Below are positions 55,442 to 64,000 of a DNA stretch of 64,000 nucleotides, one piece after another. The translations under genes and the position numbers were made by a program. Source of the DNA: Octopus vulgaris (taxonomy: Eukaryota); the NCBI GenBank assembly GCA_951406725.2, contig OX597826.1, positions 20,460,001-20,524,000 of the forward strand, in the 5' to 3' direction. Under the pieces are notes generated by a model. That model had not been told where the DNA came from, did not search any database, and saw only the letters and a program-made list of their open reading frames with translations. Within the stretch, counting starts at the first letter, position 1; each line of letters begins with the position of its first letter.

Positions 55442-57548
55442 TTCAGTAACGTAAATAAATATACTTCCCAGCAACGAAAACAGATTAAAAGGAAAAAAAA
55501 ATAATGTAAAGACTAAACAAAATTTAAAAAATCAGAGCTCGAAGTATAATGATTTATAGTTGTATAATGGAAAAGACAAGAAAAGCTTTGAAATATTAAT
55601 TTAACTGGAAAAGAAAAGACAGTATAAATAGTATCAATATCAACGACACAGCAACAACAAGAACAACACTTAATTCTTTTGCAAGTGTTGTGAGTCACAA
55701 AGAGCTCCATGAGATGAGCTGGCTCAAGGAAAAGCGAAAGGACGAGGTTTGTCAGAAGAAATCTCCTTACACGAAGAATTTACCCAGAAAAGATTTGAAG
55801 TAAGGTGTCATAACCTTATTATACAAGTATAAGTATATTATATAAGTATTATTATACAAGTTAAGATTACATATTCAATCCAAAGAAAAGTTAGAGGAAG
55901 CTTCGTCCGATGTGTGGGTTCTCGACAGGCAGGGCATAAATCAAGTACCGAAACACGCAGAACTGGGGCATCACACGTTTTCCCACAGGCTGGTGCCGCA
56001 GTATATGGGTCTCTGAAATACGGAAGTTAATTATTGATTGCTGCCACTATTGTGGTGGGTGCTGAAGTGGCCGATGGGATCAGCATAGACCTCTAGAGTC
56101 TAATGAATTGAGACGACTACAAAGATGTACCAGAAATATATTCCATCAATGGATCGAAAAGATCAACCAAATTAATGGTGCAAGGCGTTTGGAAGTATAG
56201 GTCAGCGAAAGTTTTTCTGCTCAGAACAAGAGAAGAAGCGAAAGAAAAAGTGGCTGACTGCCGTCGCAGATGCAGTGATAACAACAGTCTTTGGAGTGCT
56301 GTTGCAGCTGTTATAACAAAGGCACCGGTTTCAATTTCGAGGACAGTCAGAGCACAAGAAAACGGAATTGTCTCATTCTCAGTGTCAGTCATAACAGTGG
56401 GCCTGCCATGAGGTATCTTGAAACCTAGGTTTTTGCTTCTCTCTAGGAGCTCCGAGCAGCAGTTCCCTTACATCATTTTGCGATGTGATGTGGGAAATGG
56501 AAACAAGAAAAAAGGCGGGTAACAGTCGGAAACATCAAGAAAACAAAGAAACAAGAATGAACGAGCCAGAAGGCTGGAAGTGCCTAATAAAAATATAGCC
56601 ATGTTTACAGTAAACGTGGATCAGTAGTCCTGATGGAAGAGATGAATAAGTTGGAGGAAAACTAGAGGAATATTGTGCTGATTGAAGAGGATGACTGAAG
56701 AGGATAATGGAAGGTATTTCTATCGAGCTCTGATAGATTGCATTTCTTCAGGCGAAACATTATCTGCTAAATCGAGTTGCTGAAAATTACATCAAAAGTT
56801 TTGTATAAAGTCGACGAACCACTTCCTAAAAGATGGGGAAAACTAGACGTTCACTCAAACACAGGTGTTTAACAGACTTAGTTTGCAGAAGGTTATCGCA
56901 GGGAAACCTTACCCTATTTATACGGCGGCATCTTATACCTTTGCGTGGGTTGCTCTTATTTTCTTCACTAAAAATTTACCCTAGTTTAATATTTTAAGTT
57001 ACGTTCTCCCCATCCGCATCTGTATATATATATAAGGCAGGATGTATGTGTGCGTGCGTGTGTACGTGAATGTAATTTATGCACATCCACAAATTAGCAC
57101 GCATGTCGTTCCAATTTTAGGAGGACATTCGTTATTACCCTAGCTGTATTTTCGTCAACTTATTTTCCCCAGAGGCACCAGCGAATAGCAGTAAAAATAA
57201 ATTTTCAACCAAAACTTTTAACAATTTTCAAGTCGGAGAAATCACTAGTTTGCAAACAGGAGTTAAGTCCCCTTCTAACGACGAGTAAGTTTTTCTTAAG
57301 ACTTTTGTTTTTTTTTCCACCGAGGAAAAAGTGTTTTGTTGATATACGGGCAACACACACACGAACATGTACAAAAAACATGTATGCAATAGGTGTACGT
57401 ACGTACGTACGTATGTGTATGTGTGTGTGTGTTGCCCATATGATATATATATAAATTTATAAATAAGGATAATATCGATATTTAAATATCGATATTATCA
57501 AGTGGCCAGCATGGGAATAAATACCATACAAAGGTAATAATTTTTTAC

Positions 57549-58074
57549 AACTATAAATAAGGGTATCTGAGAGACTCCATCATGCCAGAATAGCAGTCAA
57601 ACTCTGACTCTAAAAACCGCCTAAAATGTTCATATCGCGCCATGAGATAAGACAAACAGACAAAATAAACCAGCAAAAAGATATTAATGGATAATTCAAG
57701 ATCCCGGATTTCTAGCTTTGCTTCAAATAAGCTCTGCTTTTGTCAGTTGATTATACCACATTAGCACATAAATACAAATATATATATATATACAGAACAC
57801 ACGTTATACTTACTTATACGAACGTCCATACATACATATATATGCACGTATTTATGTGCTAATGTGGTATATTCAACTGACGAAAGCAGAGCTTATTTGA
57901 AGCAAAGCTAGAAATCCGGGATCTTGAATTATCCATTAATATCTTTTTGCTAGTCTATTTTGTCCCTCTGTCTTATCTCATGGCGCGATATGAACATTTT
58001 AGGTAGTTTTTAGAGTCAGGGTTTGACTGGTAATGCGGCATGGTGGTGTCTCTCAGATACCCTTATTTATAGTT
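57549..58074. repeat. Inverted repeat, ~227-bp arms (57549-57775 / 57848-58074), in (TA)n inside the Helitron-like element
   Basis: Reverse-complement arms, near-identical in the inner part. Confidence 0.93.
57871..57929 (+). ncRNA. Type I hammerhead (right arm); left-arm copy 57694-57752 has G8A
   Basis: AUUCAA-CUGACGA-A-AGC..GCUU-auuug-AAGC..GCU-A-GAAA-UCCGGGA-UC^-UUGAAU. Confidence 0.8.
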
Positions 58075-58899
58075 ATATATATATATATATGAACCAATTT
58101 CGACGGATTTCTCCCAAATTTGACGTCGATGTTACTTAGTTTGGTTTGAAATAAAGAACTTGATTAGCTTAACAATCTTAACTTAATCTCGGGCAAAGCC
58201 GCGTTATACTGCTAGTCTACATCTAAACATGTTTTGTAAACTTAAGTTTAACAAGTTTCGTATAGTGACTGTATGGACCTTCATGGCCAATAAAGAATGG
58301 ATTGCTATTATTGGTGTCGTTGTTTAAGTCGAATGAATGCCAGTTACAACTGCCGAGAAACTGGAGTTTACCTTGTTTTAGTTTATGAAGAATTTTTTCT
58401 TTTGCCAAAAAGTGCACTTTGAACGTTTACTCCATTATTCTAGGATAATAGGGCAAACACTGAAATTATTTCTTCTTTATTTTGGGATAAAAAACAAACT
58501 TTGATTTAAGACTTATATTTTTATAAACATAGTTTGTTTATGAATGGTTGTATCGAGAGGTGCTGGAAGAGTTGCTAGCTATAGAGTAGGAGCAATAAAC
58601 ATTCTAGAAAAGCTTTTGAACAATTTATAAGAAAAAGTTGTATAAAAAAATAAACAAAAAATGTCAATTCAAAAAAGACACTTCGACAACTGAAAATGCA
58701 AACATCGCTTAAAGACCGACAACAATGGTAGTTCACCTTTTGCTAGCGTTGTGAGCCAAAAGCAGAAATATTGAAAATAGTTTTACCATTGAAAACACGC
58801 AAAAAAAAGTAAAAACAGAAGACATGAGTCACAAAGGCAGAGCCTCCTTTCCTGACGGAACCGAAGCCACCGAGGAAAGAGTAAAGGGAAAGTGAATTT

Positions 58900-59700
58900 T
58901 ATTTAAAAAAAAACTGAAGCAGGCTTCTATGGTCTCTCGAAGAAGGATTGCCTGTGTAATACAAAATATACCTGGAATAGGACGCATGGAAAAGTGAACC
59001 TGATCTTTAAAATCGAGGATAAAGAGAGAAAAGAGGCGGAATTGGTGCTTCCCCAAACTCTCCATCCACAGGATGATGTCACAATATATGAGGAAACAGA
59101 ACAAAAGGACGACGACCATAGACAGAGGCTGACATCTGGTGCAACGGGTGCAGTATGAGCAGGTGGTGAGCATGGAGGTAATACACCGTCATATGAGCTC
59201 GAGTACCATCTGTCGATAGCTTGAGTGGAAGGGAGTGCTCTCACCAAGGACTAGCGAAAAGGCAGAGTACCAAGAACCAGAGGGTAAGGTCTCCTACATG
59301 GAGTGGGCTAATAGTGTCACTCTAGCATCTTTTGAGAATGATAAGGGGGGAAGGGAACTGTTAGCAAAGAAAAAATAAAACAAACACAGAATAAATATAA
59401 GGTGGTGAGGTTTTTGCAAACAAACTTTGGACCGCTTTGAATTCATGATTGTCTGAATCGTCAAAGAATTCCCGATGTCGAATCGATTCCAGTTCAGCAT
59501 TCAAAGAAGTAGGGCAGAAAGTACCCCCGCCAGATTCAATAGAAAAGAAAGGATTTAACAGGGAGTAAACAGGAAAAAATAAAATGAATTTAGTGTCCCA
59601 GTAGACTACATTTGGCAACCAGGAAAAGGTAATGTTTGTAGGACAGAAAACCTTATTTTGAACAATTTGAGCCACGCGATTGAAAATAACATCAACAGCA
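58900..59700 (-). mobile_element. Possible decayed L1/Tx1 ORF2 C-terminal remnant
   Basis: Weak motif traces only (RALP.., ILH.., LW..F) across broken frames. Confidence 0.25.
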
Positions 59701-61957
59701 ATTGTATTTAGATACTAGTTTTGCTAAAAGGAGACTGGAATAGCTTTTTTTTTTTCGCTCAGTTCAAACTTTCCGCCAATTTGCTTGACAAATGAAAGCG
59801 ATGTAGAAAGCAATTCCAACCGTTTTTCGTTGGAAGTTACGATCTATCGAAGAATCCCAAATAAGGAATATCTGGCGGGGAGAAGGACTTCCCTAGCAGA
59901 ACTAGGAGACAAAGGAAGATGCATCCGTACCTTAATGCCTTATCGAACTGTGACAAGAAAAAAACCCACGTTTTTGTATCTCGAAATACAGAAGATCCTG
60001 TTTCAGCATCTTGCTTTTCGAAGAAAGGACAAAACGTTGGTTGTAGGTGAGTAAATTATAAAAAAATTGAAGTAATGTGGGGGTGGGCAGTGATGAGAAA
60101 GGCCGAGAGGGGTGTTGTGAGAAGGTAATCAAAAGAAAAACGTGGGAGGATGAAACTAGAATTGGAGAGAGAAGATCGAAAAAGTGAACAACATGATGAA
60201 ACTGTAATCTCTTTGAACAGTTTACAAAACAATATTTGCAGTGAAAAGTTAAAAAGACTCAAACTTTAAAATAATAGAAATCATATTACGATGAAGAAGA
60301 TGATGTTTCCAGCATAAATCGTCACAACAATTGTCTAAGTAAGAATTTGAACACGTTTCCTTTTGAATCTCAGAAATTATATAGATTCAGCGTGAATATA
60401 TTAAGGTATCCATGTTTAACACATCAACCTCTGCTTATGCCAGCAAATTAAATGTTAAAATATTCCACTTATGGTTTGTACGTTCACTTAAACACCTCAT
60501 CATTAACCTTCTCCCATCATTACATTGATCTGCTCTTTCAGAAATTCTTAGTAATTACTGGGAGCAGCACTTATTTTTCTCATGGCTTTCGAAAACTCGT
60601 TACATTACTGCATTTCTTTTGAAGTCGACAAAAATCAATTAATCGATGCCGTTTTGCTTTACTGAATATGTTATCAATATTTGTACAAATAAAAAAACAA
60701 AATTTCTCTTACGGTAGAAAATTTCTGATCGAACTTCTTAAAGACGTAAAAAGAAATAATGTCGAGAAATAGGATCACTTGAAAAGAAGCAACTTCCCTA
60801 CACAAGCAATTATATTCAACTTTCTTTTCCATTTCTATATTAAAGATAAATTTTTACACAAAAACCTTTTAGGGGTTGTTTTATAGTTTTTATCTATCCA
60901 GTTATTGTTTTGTAAAGTAGCAATATTTTAATGTTCCATGTATTTTAAACACAATAAGCCTTTTTTTTATTATTAAAACGAATCAAGATGGCGTCAATGT
61001 TTTTAAGTGAGCAGAACTTCCTGTCAGTACCTTCCTGATGTCACCAACCTCACAGATAGAAGTAAAACCCATTAAATAGGAGATGATGTGCATAAAAATG
61101 AAGAAATAAATGATGGTGTCAGAAATGAGAAGCAGAAACAATTATTGGATTTATAAAGTGATACTTGTTTGACAGACGTTGCTCGGGTCCAACTAGATAG
61201 GGGGTGGGGTGGGGGTGTAAGGGTAACAATAGGGAGTAGCATAAATAATGGATGGAAAAAAATTCTGAGATTTAACGTTCGGGGAGAAATAGTGAATGCT
61301 ATATCAATTTCGTGTGCTGGCTTACTCTGAAGGCTATTTGTTCCTGAATAAGATTAAAAAGGGTCAAATATATATTTGTATGTTTTGCTAGGGGATACCA
61401 AGGTACAGTTATAGATACAGAAGTATTGGGCCCACAAGAACTCCACGTCTTCGGACCTGTAGACTTATATGGAACCACTGCTATTTCTAGTGGAATCGAA
61501 CAGCTTTTACACAAGTCCATTGTAAAAGCAAAGCTACCCTGTTATTATCTTCTGAAAATACAAATAATGAAATTAAGGTTTTCTCAGCAACAAAGATGGT
61601 TCATTGAAAAATATTTTCATTATTTTTCTCGAATATGTTTTGAAAAGTGATCAGTGGAAATGAGAGAAATCTTTGTTTAAATAGTGTTGTTCAGCTCCAG
61701 TAAAATCCTACTGACAAAGACATTCCAGCCATGGCCGCTCCTTCCAGAATATAGAGCGATCATTGTAAGGGCGAATGATTAGCAGAGTCATTTGAATCAA
61801 GTACAAAATACGGTTAGCTGAGTTCAAATCTAACTGAGGTTAACGTCATCTTGACTCTTTCAGTGTCGATAAAGAGAAACACCAATTAAAAACGGCATCG
61901 ATTTACTCAAGTAGCCCCACACAACAAAGTTTGCGATTTTCTACCAATATTACAATC

Positions 61958-62028
<71 letters not shown>

Positions 62029-62030
<2 letters not shown>

Positions 62031-62340
62031 TCAGATACCAGGAAACCCCAAAATAATAAGTGCTCATGGGAACTGCTCATATCCTACGCAAAATACTCTC
62101 TATGTAATCCCAAGGTTTAAAACAAACTTTTATTTATTTATTTATTTTATTTTATTTTATTTTATTTTTTAAAAATTTTATTTTTATGTATTAGACATTC
62201 ACTAGTACAACACCAAAAAAAACCCAAAAAAAAACCCCGAATATATGGCACAGAACTTCCAACCTGCTGTCTCTTGAGGTCTCTGGGTGAGACTTGGAGC
62301 CAACTTGTACAGACATAAAGCAAAAGTCAAACGTAGAATA
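62029..62340 (+). mobile_element. 3' end of an RLE-type non-LTR element (R4/Dong-like) inserted in (AAT)n
   Basis: IPGNP..VLMGTAHILRKILSM* C-terminus, then 3' UTR; (AAT)n on both sides, the known Dong target. Confidence 0.75.
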
Positions 62341-62357
62341 ATAATAATAATGATGAT

Positions 62358-62903
62358 GCAGTACCAGGCAGTGGCTCTCATGGCTTCTGATCTTAACTGA
62401 TTGGAAGTGTTATCATGTACATTGTTTTGTCTTGGTATAAAAGATGGGCTACAGCAAATATTCTGCTCAATACCACAGATTTGCTTGTCAGTTGTTTGAC
62501 CTTAACCAGTTGAGCATGTCCCTTAGTGGCTGACGATATGTGCATCTCTGATCACGAGCAGAAGTAGTGGGGGAGCATCATAGCCATGTGTTGAGAGGGA
62601 TTCTTTGGGGTTTGAATAATTCACCTCTGGAAACATGGGTGGTTCTTTCAACATCCTTAAACAACCCTTATTCAGGGACCTTTTGAGCGGGATGGGCTAC
62701 TCAACCTGAAGAAAATCCTAACTGGGCCCCACCTGCAAGGTCATGTGCTGTTTATCTTGATATGAGATCACCATGTCGCGCACATATGGTTGTGATGCAT
62801 GTGCCTGGTGTACCCTTATCAGACGGGTAGTCATGATGGGTATATTGGGCTTCGTATATTTTACCCCAGTGTCACTTTGATGGCATGCACTGCTCTCTCA
62901 CTC
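62358..62903. mobile_element. Unclassified (AAT)n-flanked repeat
   Basis: Compositionally distinct block between trinucleotide tracts; no ORF. Confidence 0.45.
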
Positions 62904-63606
<703 letters not shown>

Positions 63607-63768
63607 ATAATAATTGCTCATTATTAGTGGGATTGAAGAATTTCCAAAGATTATTTAGAAATCTAAGAAAACAGCAATTGCACTGTCCCAAGTAAAAGAG
63701 AGTTTGCGTTAACGGTTGACTGGTTAAAGTAGTAATGTTTAAGAAGATTGTTACTAAACTTACGAGAT

Positions 63769-63837
<69 letters not shown>

Positions 63838-64000
63838 AAAGAAGATGATGATGATGATGATGATGATGATGAGATCAGTGATATAAATTACATCTTAGGA
63901 TATCTTATCTCCAATGAAGCATCGGTTTTGTCCCATGAATGGACGGTGAATGTTGTGTCCAATAATTGCTAAAAATTAAAGTTCATATTTGAATAATTTG

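Larger units (their letters stand above)
57019..58215 (+). mobile_element. Non-autonomous Helitron-like element
   Basis: A then TC(TG)TATATATA 5' end; 3' CGGGCAAAGCCGCG hairpin followed by CTAG then T. Confidence 0.6.

Noticed and set aside
54746-55474. ORFs around the trinucleotide tract as a low-complexity exon
   Set aside because: Frames do not join across stops and there is no domain evidence.
55900-56950. Possible decayed ORF1 remnant on the minus strand
   Set aside because: Only faint resemblance to the 10564 ORF1; no intact zinc knuckle.

Overview
Eukaryotic, AT-rich, extremely microsatellite-dense intergenic or intronic DNA. The repeat landscape suggests a cephalopod, probably Octopus (inference only). 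No host protein-coding exon could be supported, and almost all listed ORFs are microsatellite artefacts. Recognisable content: several tRNA-derived SINE families, mariner and Tc1 relics, a CR1-like LINE with a flipped 3' segment, Penelope-like element (PLE) RT/GIY-YIG remnants, an R4/Dong-like 3' end in (AAT)n, a Helitron-like element, and an ORF1-only L1/Tx1-like element with a 15-bp TSD inserted in a SINE head. The most striking signal is about ten sequence-unrelated short non-coding elements carrying minimal type I hammerhead ribozyme motifs, mostly in or beside microsatellites. Many form long head-to-head inverted repeats with one hammerhead per arm. There is also an ~835-bp head-to-tail tandem element with a circularly permuted hammerhead-like motif. 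All RNA structures were read by eye; none is computationally or experimentally verified.
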